Source of the DNA: Mobula hypostoma
Lineage: Eukaryota
Assembly (NCBI RefSeq): GCF_963921235.1
Contig: NC_086097.1
Span: forward strand, 225,000,001 to 225,064,000
DNA length: 64,000 bases
Reading direction: 5' to 3'
The position numbers and the translations under genes are program-made. Below the pieces are notes generated by a model. It had not been told where the DNA came from and made no database searches. It was given only the letters and a program-made list of their open reading frames with translations. Positions within the stretch are counted from its first letter, which is position 1; the number at the start of each line of letters is the position of its first letter. Positions 10,456 to 23,960 of the stretch are shown here, one piece after another.

Positions 10456-13400
10456 GGTGGGGGAAGTTTGCTAAGGCTACTGGGAGAGTTTGAACTAGAT
10501 TTGCTTGGGGGTGTGAACCGAACTGAAGAGACGGAGGAAAAGACGGTTGCCTCACAAATATAGAAAGCTTGGAGACAGTACGAGAGGGAGGATAGACAGT
10601 TGATAGAGAAGGGATACGCTCAGACTGATGGGTTGAGATGTGTCTATTTTAATGCAAGAAACGTCATGAACAAAGCAGATGAGCTTAGAGCATGGATCAG
10701 TATGGAGCTATGATGTTGTGGCCATTACAGAGACTTGGATGGCTCAGGGGCAGGAGTGGTTATGTAGAGTTCCAGTCTTTAGATGTTTCAGAAAGGATAG
10801 GGAGGGAGGCAAAAGAGCTGGGGGCTTGGCACTGTTGATCAGAGATAGCGTCACGGCTGCAGAAAAGGATGAAGTCGTGGAGGGATGGTCTACTGAATCT
10901 CTGTGGGTGGAAGTTAGAAACAGGAAGGGATCAATAATTCTATTGGGTGTTTTTTATAAATTACCCAATAGTAACAGGGACATCAAGGAGCAGGTAGGGA
11001 GACAGATTCTGGAGAGGTGTAATAATAACAGGGTTGTCGTTGTGGGGGATTTTAATTTCCCAAATGTTGATTGGCATCTCCCTAGAGCAAGGGGTTTAGA
11101 TGGGGTGGAGTTTGTTAGGTGTGTTCAGGAAGGTTTCATGACACAATATGTAGATTAATCCTACAAGAGGAGAGGTTATACTTGAGTTCGTATAGGGAAG
11201 TGACCCTGGTCAGGTATCAGGTCTCTCAGTTGGAGAACATTTTGGAGATAGTGATCACAATTCTATCTCCTTTACCATAGCATTGGAGAGGGATAGGAGC
11301 AGACAAGTGAGAAAAGTGTTTAATTGGAGTAAGGGGAAATATGAAGCTATCAGGCAGGAACTTAGAAGCATAAATTCGGAAGAGATGTTCTCAGGGAAAT
11401 GTACGGCAGAAATGTGGCAAATGTTCAGGGGATATTTGAGGTGCATCTGCATAGGTATGTTCCAATGAGACAAGGAAAGGATGGTAGGGTACAGAAACCG
11501 TGGTGTAGAAAGGCTGTTGAAAATCTGGTCAAGAAGCAAAAAAAGGCTAACGAAAGGTTCAAAGAACTAGGTAATGATAGAGATCTGGAAGATTATAAGG
11601 CTAGCAGGAAGGAGCTTAAGAAAGAAATTAGGAGAGCCAGAAGGGGCCATGAGAGGGCCTTGGCGGACAGGATTAAGGAAAACCCCAAGGCATTCCACAA
11701 GTATGTGAAGAGCAAGAGGATAAGACGTTACAGAATAGGACCAATCAAGTGTGACAGTGGAAAAGTGTGTATGGAACCGGAGGAGACAGCAGAGGTACTT
11801 AATGAGTACTTTGCTTCAGTATTCACCACAGAAAAGGATCTTGGAGATTGTAGAAATGACTTACAGTGGATTGAAAAGCTTGATCATATAGACATTAAGA
11901 AAGAGGATGTGCTGGAGCTTTTGGAAAGCATCAAGTTGAGTACGTCTCCAGAACTGGACGAGATGTACGCCAGGCTACTATGGGAGGCAAGGGAGGAGAT
12001 TGCTGAGCCTCTGGTAATGATCTTTGCATCATCAATGGGGACGGGAGAGGTATTGGAGGATTAGAGGGTTGCAGTTGTTGTTCCATTGTTCAAGAAAGGG
12101 AGTAGAGATCGCCCAGGAAATTATAGACCAGTGAGTCTTACTTCAGTGGTTGGTAAGTTGAGGGAAAATATCTTCTTGAGAGGCAGGATTTATGAACATT
12201 TGGAGAAGCATAATATGATTAGGAATAGTCAGCATGGTTTTGTCAAGGGCAGGTCATGCCTTATGAGCCTGATTGAATTTTTTGAGGATGTGACTAAACA
12301 CGTTGATGAAGGTAGAACAGTAGATGTAGTGTATATGGATTTCAGCAAGGCATTTGATTAGATACCCCATACAAGCCTTATTGAGAAAGTGAGGTGTCAT
12401 GTGATCCATAGGGTTCTTGCTTTGTGGATCCAGAATTGGCTCACCCACAGAAGGCAAAGAGTGGTTGTAGACGGGTCATATTCTGCATGGAGGTCGGTGA
12501 CCAGTGGTATGCCTCAGGAATCTGTTCTGGGACCCCTCCTCTTCGTGATTTTTATAAACGACCTAGATGAGAAAGTGGAGGGATGGGTTAGTAAATTTGC
12601 TGATGACACAAACATTGGAGGTGTTGTGGATAGTGTGGAGGGCTATCAGTGGTTAGAGCAGGCCATTGACAGGATGCAAAGCTGGGCTGAGAAGTGGCAG
12701 CTGGAGTTCAACACAGGTAAGTGTAAAGTGGTTCATTTTGGTTGGTCAAATATGATGGCAGAATATAGTATTAATGGTAAGACTTGGCAGTGTGTAGGAT
12801 CAGAGGCATCTTGGGGTCCGAGTCCACAGGACACTCAAAGCTGCTGTGCAGGTTGATTCTGTGGTTAAGAAGGCATACGGTGTATTGGCCTTCATTAACA
12901 GTGTGTTTGAATTTAAGAGCTGAGAGGTAATGTTACAGCTATATAGGACCCTAGTCAGACCCCACTTGGAGCGCTGTGATCAGTTCTAATCACCTCACTA
13001 CAGGAAGGATGTGGAAACTATAGAAAGGGTGCAGAGGAGATTTACAAGGATGTTGCCATGATTGGGGAGCATGCCTTATGAGAATAGATTGAGTGAACTT
13101 GGCCTTTTTTCCTTGGAGTGACAGAGGATGAGAGGTGACCTGATAGAGGTATATAAGATGATGAGAGGCATTGATCAAGCTGGATAGTCAGAGGGTTTTT
13201 CCCAAGGCTGAAATGGCTAACACGAGTTGGTACAATTTTAAGGTGCTTGGAAGTAGGTGCGGAGGAGATGTCAGGGGTAAGTTTTTAATGCAGAGAGTGG
13301 TGAATGCGTGGAATAGGCTGCCAGTGACAGTGGTGGAAGCGGATACAATAGGGTCTTTTAAGAGACTCCTGGACAGGTACATGGAGCTTAGAAAAATAGA

Positions 13401-13505
13401 GGGCTATTGGTAACTATAGGTAATTTCTAAAGTAAGGACATGTTCGGAGCAGCATTGTGGGCTGAAGGGCCTGTATTGTCCTGCAGGTTTTCTGTGTTTC
13501 TATCT
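10456..13505 (+). mobile_element. CR1 LINE, near-complete ORF2 (AP endonuclease + RT), disrupted
   Basis: Endonuclease motifs YDVVAITETW and VVVVGDFNFP; RT motifs NYRPVSLTS and SKFADDT. Has stops/frameshifts and a CR1 3' tail. Confidence 0.93.
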
Positions 13506-13715
13506 TTAATCACTTGACAATTTACAGTGACAAATTAACCTACGCAGTACAGCTTTGGACTGTGGGAGGAAACTGGAGCACCTGAGGAATCCCATGCATT
13601 CCACAGGGGAGACATACAGAGACTCCTTACAGAACTGTGCTGGAGATGAAATCTCAATCTGGAATGCCCAGAGCTGTAATAATGTTGAGCTAACTGCTAA
13701 ACTACCGTGGCGCCC
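13506..13715 (-). mobile_element. 5' half of a tRNA-derived (V-SINE-like) element
   Basis: The minus strand begins GGGCGCCACGGTAGTTTAGCAGTTAGC (A-box-like). It contains a TTTGGACTGTGGGAGGAAACTGGAGCACC central block. Confidence 0.65.
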
Positions 13716-13961
13716 TTGAAATAATTTCCAGCACTGCTGTACTTAAAACAGAAAATAAATGTCCTGTTTTTATGTGGCCTCTAGATGGTGGTGCTTATTA
13801 GTTTGCTGATTTCTCAAACTTAGACTCCCATCGGCTAAGGTACTGGTAGAATATGGCCACCAGCAACCGAACTGCATGGAAATCTTTGGGCAACTTTCAA
13901 AACATGATTTAATATGCACTTTTCAAGAGTAGTACAGAGGTTAATAACAAAAAGGAATATA

Positions 13962-14678
13962 CAGGTTTCCCCTGCTATCGGAAAGTAGAGCGTTCCTGTG
14001 AAACCTTCCGTAAGCCGAAACGTCGTAAAGCGAAGAAGCAATTACCATTAATTTACATGGCAAAAATTTTTGAGCGTTCCCAGACCCAGAAAATAACCTA
14101 CCAAATTATACCAAATAACACAAAATCCAAAATAACACTAACATATAGTAAAAGCAGGAATGATATGATAAATACACAGCCTATATAAAGTAGAAATAAT
14201 GTATGTACAGTGTAGTTTCACTTACCAGAATTGGGAACGCAGTGAGAACACTGGAAGGTTCATGCATTTTTCTATCATACAGTTCTCTGTAAGCACTCAA
14301 AACATCCTGCAAACCTGCCCTAAACCTGCGTGCCCTTTCAAAAATAAAGTCATACTTTTCTGTAATCATTGCAGCACTGTCAATCGCAGTGAAAATCTCA
14401 CGCAGTTCAAAGCTATGTTGGTTTGATGCTGAGATGCTGAGTGTAGTTTCCGGGGAAGGTGCTTGGTGGCGCCACTCTCGCTGCTCGGGGTGCGCGGTGC
14501 CTCTATAAGGGCTCGCTGCAAAACAAACGCTGAACGCTATTTTCGCTTTTCGCCTTTTTTTCGTAAAAGTGAAAATCCTCTTCGGATTTCTTTTGGTTAG
14601 CGAAAACAGGTACTAACGTAGGTCTCTCGTAAAAGCGAAGTGGCGTAAAGTGAACTTTCAAAAAGCAGGGGATACCTG
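13962..14678 (-). mobile_element. Tigger/pogo-like non-autonomous DNA transposon
   Basis: TA|CAGGTTTCCCCTGCT ... AGCAGGGGATACCTG|TA: imperfect TIRs with a TA target duplication. The internal minus-strand remnant FERARRFRAGLQDVLSAYRELYDRK resembles a Tigger transposase C-terminus. Confidence 0.85.
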
Positions 14679-16191
14679 TACTTGGTTCTTACATTTAATT
14701 TGCCAAAAGTTTGCTGAATGACTAATTGATCCCATTGGAGACACAAAACTCTATAGAGATGCAGGAATCTGGAGCAAAAAACAAATTGCTGGAGGAACTT
14801 TTTATCCAGATGAAGGGGTCTTAACCTGAATGTTATCTGTCCATTCCTCTCCGTAGATGCTGCTTAAATTGCTGTCTTCCTGCTTTGATTATTGATCATT
14901 TTTTTGCATTTGTACCACTTGTTCTGTAGTTTACCAAGTTAAAGAAAGGGGAATTTCACTTCTTTAGACATAAAGGTCTTCCTGTAGGATAATGGAGATT
15001 AGGTACCAGGAGAGTGAGAGATGAAAACTGATTATCCATTCTGTGGGTTTCCAGGATTACAGAGTAGCCCACATCCTGAGCAGGTGTTGGGTGGTGGAGG
15101 CAGCAAGCTAACACATTGGGCACCTGCCTTCTTTTCCTTGTCTCCCTCAGCTTGGTAATGCCTATGTATCTCCATAGAAGCAGTTACATTGACCTTCCTT
15201 TGTGGTGCTGTTTGGTTGGCAGGGGCTCCACCTCATCATCTTGCTCTGTTAGTCAGCTTCCTTCACAGTCACGTGTATAACTCATTTCTGCTTTCCCTTC
15301 AGGAACACAGCAATGCCACATTTTACTTGAACTCCCTCCTGTCACTGGCCAAATAGTCCTCAGCCACCAATTTCACCTGCCCTTCCAGGAGAAATGTCAC
15401 ATGGTTTCAAAGGACAGGTTATCAGAGGTTACTGCCCTCTGTGTTTGTCAGTAACACATTGTTGATGACACATGGTTATATGGATAACATAGGTTATCGG
15501 AGGTTACTGACTGTCATGGCTACCTAGCATTCTGTGCAGCACCACAAGCTTCTTTCTCTCCTGAATCACAGGAAGAGAGACCCCATCATTCTTCATCCTT
15601 TGCTTCATCATTGTAGGTACACTATAGCAAAAGATGGCCCAGGAAGACTCAAATAAATACTCACAGATACTAATAAAGTTGCGGGTAAAACATCCATATT
15701 TAGAATTTTATGATACTGCCGCCCCTGGGACTGGCATGTGCCTTGTCTCAAATGCTGAGCAGCACTTGTGGGCACGTCAGCCCTTCGTTGGGCCAGAAGC
15801 GCTGAGGAAATAGCCCGAGATGAGTTAACCACAGGGAACACCATGCTTTTCCCTGGGAACCCTCACAGCAAGAGAGGATTGAGGAGCTCATCCATAAATC
15901 TTCCAGTGGTGTAACCCCATGAAGAGCAGTGCATCTTCTCATTTCAGGGATTCCTCTGCTCCATCTTAAATGGATGATCCTGAGATGTGTTGCATCTCAC
16001 AACAGCAATCAGAACCCCAGAATCCTAGTGGTGCTTACTCGCTGCTCCCACGGTCTGAAATATCTCCATGAGGTTGGTGGTGGCTCATTTTGTGGGTAGG
16101 TTCCTTGCACTGAGCTGTAGTAAACCACTGCATCCTTGGGCCTAGGATTTCTACTGTGTAGTTCAGAATGTCAACAGCCAATTGATTGACT

Positions 16192-17114
16192 ATAAGACCA
16201 TAAGATGTAGGAGCAGAATTAGGCCATTTCACCATGGCTGATCCAATATTCCTCTCACCCCAATCTCCTGTCTCCCTTCGTGCCCTGATCAATCAAGAAT
16301 TCATCAACCTCTGCCTTAAATATACATATAGACTTGGCCTCCACAGCTGCCTGTGGAAAAGAATTCCATAGATTCACCACTCTCTGGCTAAAGAAATTCC
16401 TCCCCATCTCCACTGTAAAAGGACGCCCCTCTATTCTGACACTAGGTTCTCTGGTCTTAGACTCCTCCACCATAGGAAACGTCCTCTCCATATCCACTCT
16501 ATCAAGGTCTTTCACCATTCGATAGTTTCAATGCAGTCACCCCTTCATTCTTCTGAATTCTAATGAATACAGGCCCAGAGCCATCAAATGCTCTTCATGT
16601 GACAAGTCATTCAATCCTGGAATCATTTTTATGAACCTCCTTTGAACTCTCTCCAGTTTCAGCACATCCTTTCTAAGAAGCCCAAAACTGCTCACAATAC
16701 TTCTAGTGAGGCCACACCAGTGCTTTATAAAGCTTCAATATTACATCCTTACTTTTGTATTCTAGTCCTCTTGAAGTGAATGCTAACATTGCATTTGCCT
16801 TCTTCACCACAGACCCAACCTGCAAATTAACTTTTAAGGAATCCTGCACAAGGACTCTCAAGTCCCTTGGCACCTCAGTTTTTTGTATTTTCTCGCCATT
16901 TAGAAAATAGTCAACCTTTTCACTTCTTCTACCAAAGTGCATGACCATATACTTCCCGACACTATATTCCATCTGCCATTTCTTTGCCCATTCTCCTAAT
17001 CTGTCTAAGTCCTTCAGTAACTTCTCTACTTCCTCAAAACTACCTGCCCCTCCACCTAGCTTCATATTGTCAGCAAACTTTGCAGCAAAGCCATCAATTT
17101 CATCATCCAAGTCA
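16192..17114 (-). mobile_element. CR1 LINE 3' portion
   Basis: ORFs with AKFADNMKLGG and FFSQRVVNLWNS, and a CATAAGAC-type tail. Confidence 0.9.
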
Positions 17115-17649
17115 ATTTGCTCAGTGCATTACTCAGCTGTTGTTTCCTGGCCCTCTTGTGTACATGACACACAGTGTACCGTATGTATTGTGATGTGAGT
17201 TCAAAGTACATATGTGTCATCATATACAACCCTGTGCACATATTTTGACATTGGTTGCAAAAGACCGTTCTGTGTAGCTGAGATCCTTGGTTGGTTTGGG
17301 CCTCGTACACCAGAGACAGTACTTAGCTGGATAATGCAGATAAGAAGTGCATTAGTCTTCCTCGGTAGTGAGTGGTTTTCTCCATCCTGATGTGGCTGCA
17401 TTCCCCTTCTCCCTTCCCTACCATCTGTTACCCATTACCCTGAATGGCTGCCCAAATGATCTTGACCCTCCTGCCCATGCCACCACTCTCAATTAGCTAC
17501 GCCACCCTGATCCCGTCCCCAACCTGTGGAGGCAGAGGAATGCTCGGACTTTTCAGGTTGACATCCTGAATCCAGCAAGCAACCCAACTCCAATCCCATC
17601 ACTTCAGCAACCCAGCAATGAGTCTGAGCAAGGAGACCAATGATCCTGG

Positions 17650-17970
17650 ACGCCGCCGTTCAACTGTTTATTTATCCAAAAATTTTTCCCCCAAGCCATC
17701 GGACTACCAACTTACTGCCCTACGCTGTGCCTATTGTCTTGTTTATTATTTATTGTAATGCCTGCACTGTTCTGTGTACTTCATGCAGTCCCGGGTAGGT
17801 CTGTAGTCTAGTGTAGTTTTTGTGTTGTTTTATGTAGTTCAGCGTAGTTTTTGTATTGTTTCATGTAGCACCATGGTCCTGAGAAACATTGTCTCATTTT
17901 TACTGTGTACTGTATCAGCAGTTATGGTCGAAATGACAATAAAAAGTGACTTGACTTGAGTTGAGTTGAT
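17650..17970 (+). mobile_element. LINE-type 3' UTR fragment (Rex/L2-like)
   Basis: Ends in AATAAAAAGTGACTTGACTTGA (polyA signal plus short repeat tail). Confidence 0.55.
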
Positions 17971-19775
17971 TTGCTCCCACCCCAACTCTCCCAATCCATT
18001 CATCCTGGTCCAATCTGTCCCAGATACTCTGGAATTGCAATTTTTAGCTCCTTGGATTTTGGTTGAGAGTTACAGGAGGCAAGTAAGGCAGACATGCTCA
18101 ATCTTGATCTGAGGCCTTGTGAATGGGACCCCCCCCCCACCACCTTCTGTGGCTTTAGAATCCAGGGGCTACTCATTTCGTTCCAATTTACAACCATTTC
18201 CAAAAGATTACTGCTCTCAAAAATATAATTTGGTTAAATTCATTCCAAAAGTGCCTGTACAATGCAATAACAGCAGGAGCAAAAAAAAAATAGTCTGCTG
18301 GAGGATGTGGGAGTACTTGTAGAAGCAGAAGGATGGTCAGACTTTTCAGGTCGACTCTCTGAGCCAGGACTGAGAGTGTAGCTGGGAAATAATAGGCAGG
18401 ATACAGAAGAGGGAACGGTGAGACTAAAGCTGGTGGGCGACAGGCAGGCTGAGCGGGGATGATGGGCAGATGGAATCATGTAGGGGAGGGGGTAGTGTTA
18501 TCACCCAAGGAGGTAAATGACAGATTCAGATTCATTTATTTATCACATGTAGATCAAAACAAACAGTGAAATGCACCATTAGCATTCACAACCAAAGCAA
18601 CCAAAGGATGCACTGGCGGCAGCCCGCAAGTGTTGCCACACATCCTAGCACCAACATACCATGTTCACAGAACAAAGCAAACAACAGCAACAAATTACAG
18701 CAAGAAAACAGCAATAGCAACAAGCCCTGTTGATCTCCAGCCTCCAGCCTCCAGCGAACTCGTGGGCTTGCAGACATTGGGCTTTCACCTTCCCCAGTTG
18801 TGCAGACACGCAGACCTAGGGCTTCAGACAATAAGCTTTGACTTCCAGACTCTGTCTCAGCACATCGTCAACCCACTCCCCCCAACTCCTTCCCATCCCG
18901 ATCTGGTTCTGCCTATAACCTGGAGCCTCTGTTTCATATCTCCCCTTCAGTTCTGAACCAGGGTTTCAACCAGAACTTTAACCATCCCTTTGCCTCCACA
19001 AAGGCAGCTTCACCCTCCAGTGGTTTATTTTTGCTCCTTATCCCAGCGCCTGTGGTTTTTTTTTTAAATGTCTCCACAAGGAATGTAGGATCTGAAGCCT
19101 TGGCTGGCACTGAGAAAATAATATGAGACAAATTAATCACAGAGGCCAGAAAGTGTGGAGTGGGAATAGATCTGGTGCGAGAGGAGGGTCAGGGTGGTGG
19201 TGTGCCACATTGGAGGTTTAGGAGATGGGATGGAGCCATTATTGGAAAGTTGGAAAGAGGGGTGAATGTGTTGTTGGCCATCAGGGAAGTGGTGTTGAGA
19301 TCCAGATGCTTATAATGTTGTGGTCCCAGAGAATCAGGTCACTGGGGTAATCTGGGGGGGGGTGGTAGTTCATGGTATTTAGAATGATGGAGATTCAGGC
19401 AATTGGACATCAGCACCTGGGCTGAATAAGTTGGACCAGTGGTTGGAAGAAAGTTGGTATTGTGGACATGGAGTGCCTTGCAGATAAGTTTGAGATTTAT
19501 GTTAGTGAGACCTCAGTAAAGCATCATTCAATTGTCCTGTAAGGGAGACAATGTGAGGCAATCTTTGAAGCAGTATTGCATAGCAAATGATGTCATAGCT
19601 TGGCACATGATGGACAGTGTCCAGCTGAATGACCCATAATTGGTTGTTCCTGTGTTTCATAGAGTCACACATTACTCTATGCCAACTGCATTACTCATTA
19701 ATCTTACCCCATCTGCCCACCTTCAAAGTGCATTTTTAATTTGATAGCAGCGAAATTATCAGGTGTGAATTATTT

Positions 19776-20108
19776 ATAGAACATAGAACATAGAATAGTA
19801 CAGCACAGTACAGGCCCTTCAGCCCACATTGTTGTGCCGACCCTCAAACCCTGCCTTCCATATTACCCCCACCTTAAATTCCTCCATATACCTGTCTAGT
19901 AGTCTCTTAAACTTCACTAGTGTATCTGCCTCCACCACTGACTCAAGCAGTGTATTCCACGCACCAACCACTCTCTGAGTAAAAACCCTTCCTCTAATAT
20001 CCCCCTTGAACTTCCCACCTCTTACCTTAAAGCCATATCCTCTTGTACTGAGCAGTGGTGTCCTGGGGAAGAGGCGCTGGCTGTCCACTCTATCTATTCC
20101 TCTTAATA
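19776..20108 (-). mobile_element. CR1 LINE 3' fragment
   Basis: ORF with FTQRVVGAWN and an (ATAGAAC)n tail. Confidence 0.85.
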
Positions 20109-21913
20109 TTTAGACCAACATCAATCCATTGTAATTGCTGTGTAGCAAATACTCTTATTCTGTTGCTCTGTGCTTGCATTTCAGGCAAAATAATCTTTTT
20201 AAAGCTTGTTAAATTTGGTTTAAAGCTTTTCAAGTGGAGTAATGAAATTAAGACCCAATGTTAATTGTTGCAATGCAGTGGTTAAGTATGAATGGTTGAA
20301 GTGGACAACAGAACTGGTAAAGCAACACACACAAAACATTACTTATTTAACTATTTATTTAAGTATAATTACTATGTATCAATTTGTCGATTAACCAAGA
20401 AGTATCTGGAAAATAGATTGGAGTTCCATAAATTGCTAAAATTAAAATAAAGGAAGTTAATTAAAGACAAAACAAAGAAAAGCAGAAGTAATTTTGACTT
20501 TAATATTTGCTTTGCTAAGTACCAGTTAGTTTTGTGGAAGATATGCCCTGTATTAACTGGCATGTGTTCTGCACTGTTTTCACCATATGTAATTAAATCT
20601 TATGACTAACAATTGCCTTAATATTACTAAACAGGTTTTCAACAGATTATACTACTTTTAAATTCATGGTCCTGGATGTTTTACCATCTAATGCAGTCCT
20701 TAAGCACATGATAAGAATGTTTTAATGAAATAAAACCAGTGACTTTGTACAAAATATTCAGTTCCCCTTCTGTATCCTTATTAGTGCCACAGGTGCATGG
20801 AGATGCAACTCCACACAGATTCAGTGGTGTACAGTGTGTGCTCAGCTACTGTCTCTATGATTTTCCTTCATGGCCTGAGAGAAACATACCTCTTTCATGG
20901 CACATGAGACATTTGTGAGTTCTGCTTTTTGGTAGGCCAGGCTGAACAGGTTTCTGACTTTGAAACCATCGTTGCATAAATCCTTTCTAGATTATATACT
21001 TACAATGATTTTTCCACAAGCCCCATGTTTCTCCAAGCCCTCCAGTTTTGGTTGTGACCTCTGATTACTATCCCATCCCATCTGATCACAGCTCTGACTC
21101 CTGTCACACAACAGCTTTTGCGTTTGACCCTTGCCATGTCTTGGGCAGAGTGTCCAAGGTATTTTGATGGTATCTAATGCTTCGGGTCTTGTGGTCTATG
21201 GAATGTGGTTGAAATTTTTTCAAAAATTAGGAACGTTTATTGGCTCACTGCACTCTGTTGGATTAACACAAATGCTTCTCTTTGACCAAGGAGTTACTCT
21301 AATTTGTTTTAGTTAGTCACGTATTTGGCGGTGTGGGAGAGATCTGGAAAAACAACTCACCTTTACCCTGATTTAAACAAGGCCAATTCTAACCAGTAGG
21401 CCAGCCGTATGATTATTTCATGAATAAGGCTTGCTGTATCTATAGAATTCATCTTGTACTGTGCCCACAAGTTAAGAGTGCCCAGTTCTGAAAGGAATGA
21501 TTCATCTCTTCTGTTACAGCTGCTGAGAATACTATGGTAATCTTGTTGAATAGAACAATAGAACAATCTGTTTCTGTGGCTATTCCCTTAGACTGTTAGA
21601 AGTAACAGAATACAGTTACAGAGCTTCACCAGAATTAAAGCTACTGTAAATCATATTTTAAACTTTCATTGAAGACAGCTGAATGGCCTAAACAATGGAT
21701 TTATATAGCATAGAACTTTACAGCGCAGTCCAGGCCTTTTGACCCACGATATTGTGCCGACATTTTAACCTACTCTAAGATCCTCTCCTCCCACATAGCC
21801 CTCTATTTTTCTATCATCCAAGTGCCTGCCTATGAGTCTCTAAGTGTCCCTTAGGTATCTACCGCTAACTCCACCTCTGGCAGGGCATTCCATACACCTG
21901 TTGCTCTCTGTGC

Positions 21914-22080
21914 AATAGAACATAGAACCTGTAATAGAACACAGAACTTGTAATGGAACATAGAACCTGTAATAGAACACAGAACTTGTAATGGAACATG
22001 GAACGTGTAATAGAACACAGAACTTGTAATGGAACATGGAACATGTAATGGAACATAGCATATGTAATAGATCATAGAAC
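21914..22080. repeat. 19-bp minisatellite, about 9 units
   Basis: Units AATAGAACATAGAACCTGT / AATAGAACACAGAACTTGT / AATGGAACATAGAACCTGT and variants. Confidence 0.92.
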
Positions 22081-22349
22081 AATGTTGTTTTAACAAAATA
22101 TATTTTATGACCAGGAAAGGAAGACAGTATTAATAGTTTTAAATAATGCAAAACTTAACCAATATGCTGGTGGCTAGCTTATCCCTGTGGGAATAGAGTA
22201 TCTGTCATCAATGATCATTGAACCATTCGGAAGAGAAAACATCATTAGAGTCACCAATGAAGCAGCTTTTTGATATCAAAATAAATACATAAGGTATTCC
22301 TGGTTTCAGATGGATTCTTTGATGCTTAACAAAATTGTTTCTTCCTTAG

Positions 22350-22456
22350 CTGTGCAAAATGAACGAGATCGTATAAGCAACAAAAGGAACAGCTACGAGA
22401 CTGGCAGCTCACCCTCCATCAACGTGCTGGCTCAAGCCGAAATCCTCTCTCATCAG
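22350..22456 (+). CDS. HNF4G: HNF4 gamma coding exon: T-box/hinge
   Basis: ttag|CT GTG CAA AAT GAA ... CAT CAG|gtaga, 107 bp. Translates [36 protein letters not shown]. Phase is compatible with the previous exon. Confidence 0.96.
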
Positions 22457-23609
22457 GTAGATTACAGACAGAACCAAGACATCGATTTTTTTCCTCCTCA
22501 TGTCTGCTGATGCTCCCTGCTGTCACCCCTCACCCTTCTGGATGTCAGTTCTTGGTCCAAGTGCCAGAAATAGCTTTGGTGGCTTTTCCTGTCAGCACCA
22601 TATCTGTGCCGTGTAAACAGAGTTTTGCTCAGTCCAGATGATCAGGAGAACTCCTGAGAAACTCCTGCAGCTGATTAAACAAGATTTCCAGTCAAAACCT
22701 TCAGAGATATGTTGAATCTGTCTGAAGTACAATGCTATGGTTAGCCAGTGTTCTGTGAATCTCAATTGTTCCAACAGAATTGAATTGTTTCGTAATTCCC
22801 TGTACTCTTGTAATGTACTCTCTTCCATGTGTCCAGCAGTTCCCTTTGGTTCTTTGGTCACTTTTTTAGCCAGAGGGTGGTGAATCTGTGGAATTAATTG
22901 CCACAGATGGCCATGAAAGCTAAGTCATTGCGTATATTTAAAGAAGAGGTTGACTTGTTCTTGATTAGTAAGGGCATCAAAGATTATGGGGGAAAACAAA
23001 TCAGCCATGATCGAATTTTGAAGCAGACTTGGTGGGCTGAATGGCCTAGTTCTGCTTCTTTGTCTTATGACCATTTACCTCCATAAAACCCACATCAGGC
23101 AACAGTATGATGTGTAGCAATGAGCATTGTTGCTTCTCAGCTGCAGGGACTGTCCATGGAGGACTGTCTGTGGCCTTCGGCTGAGTGCTCCAGTTTTTTC
23201 CCTCATCACAGAGATGTGCTGGTAGGTTAATTGTAAAATGCCCCTTAGTGTAGAGGTGGCAGTACAATCAAAAGGGGAGACAGTGGCCATGTGATAGTGA
23301 ATAAGCAGCAGGGCTACTGGAAAATAAGGAAGGATATGGGTTTATTCCAGGTTATGAGCACCAGAATTAAAGAACAATCCATACATATAGATGGGACTGT
23401 TGGGGTGAATGGGGATGGCTGTTCTCTCCCTGCCTCTCGCTGCCCCCCCCCGATCCACAATGTTCTGAGCTGAGCAGAGCTGGGAGCACTGAGCAAACTG
23501 ATAAGCTCACCCGTTGAGTCAGTGCGGCTGGCTGGTGCTTCTTCTCCTGTGTCTACTCGGTCTTTCGTCATATCTGTTCCTGTAATCATCAATCTCACAC
23601 TCATAGAGC

Positions 23610-23960
23610 TATAGAAGAACAGAGCACAGAAACAAGCCCTTTGGCCCATGCTGAAGCCATTTAAGCTACCTACTCCCATCGACCTGCACTGGGACCACAG
23701 CCCTCCACATCCCTACTATCCATGTACCCATCCAAACTTCTCTTAAACGTTGAAATTGAGCTTGCATACTCCAATTGTGCTGGCAGCTCACTCCACATTC
23801 TCACGACCCTCTGAGTGAAGAAGTTTCCCCTCATGTTCTCCTTAAATGTTTCACCTTTCACCCTTAACCCATAACCTCTGGTTGTAGTCCCACCCAACCT
23901 CAGTGGAAAAAGCCTGCATGCATTTACCCTATCTATAATACCCTCATAATTTTGCTTACC
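23610..23960 (-). mobile_element. CR1 LINE 3' fragment
   Basis: ORF with TRGYGLRVKGE and FFTQRVVRMWSELP. Confidence 0.85.

Noticed and set aside
21914..22080. CRISPR-like array
   Set aside because: Contiguous tandem units without unique spacers, in a eukaryotic intron with no cas genes.
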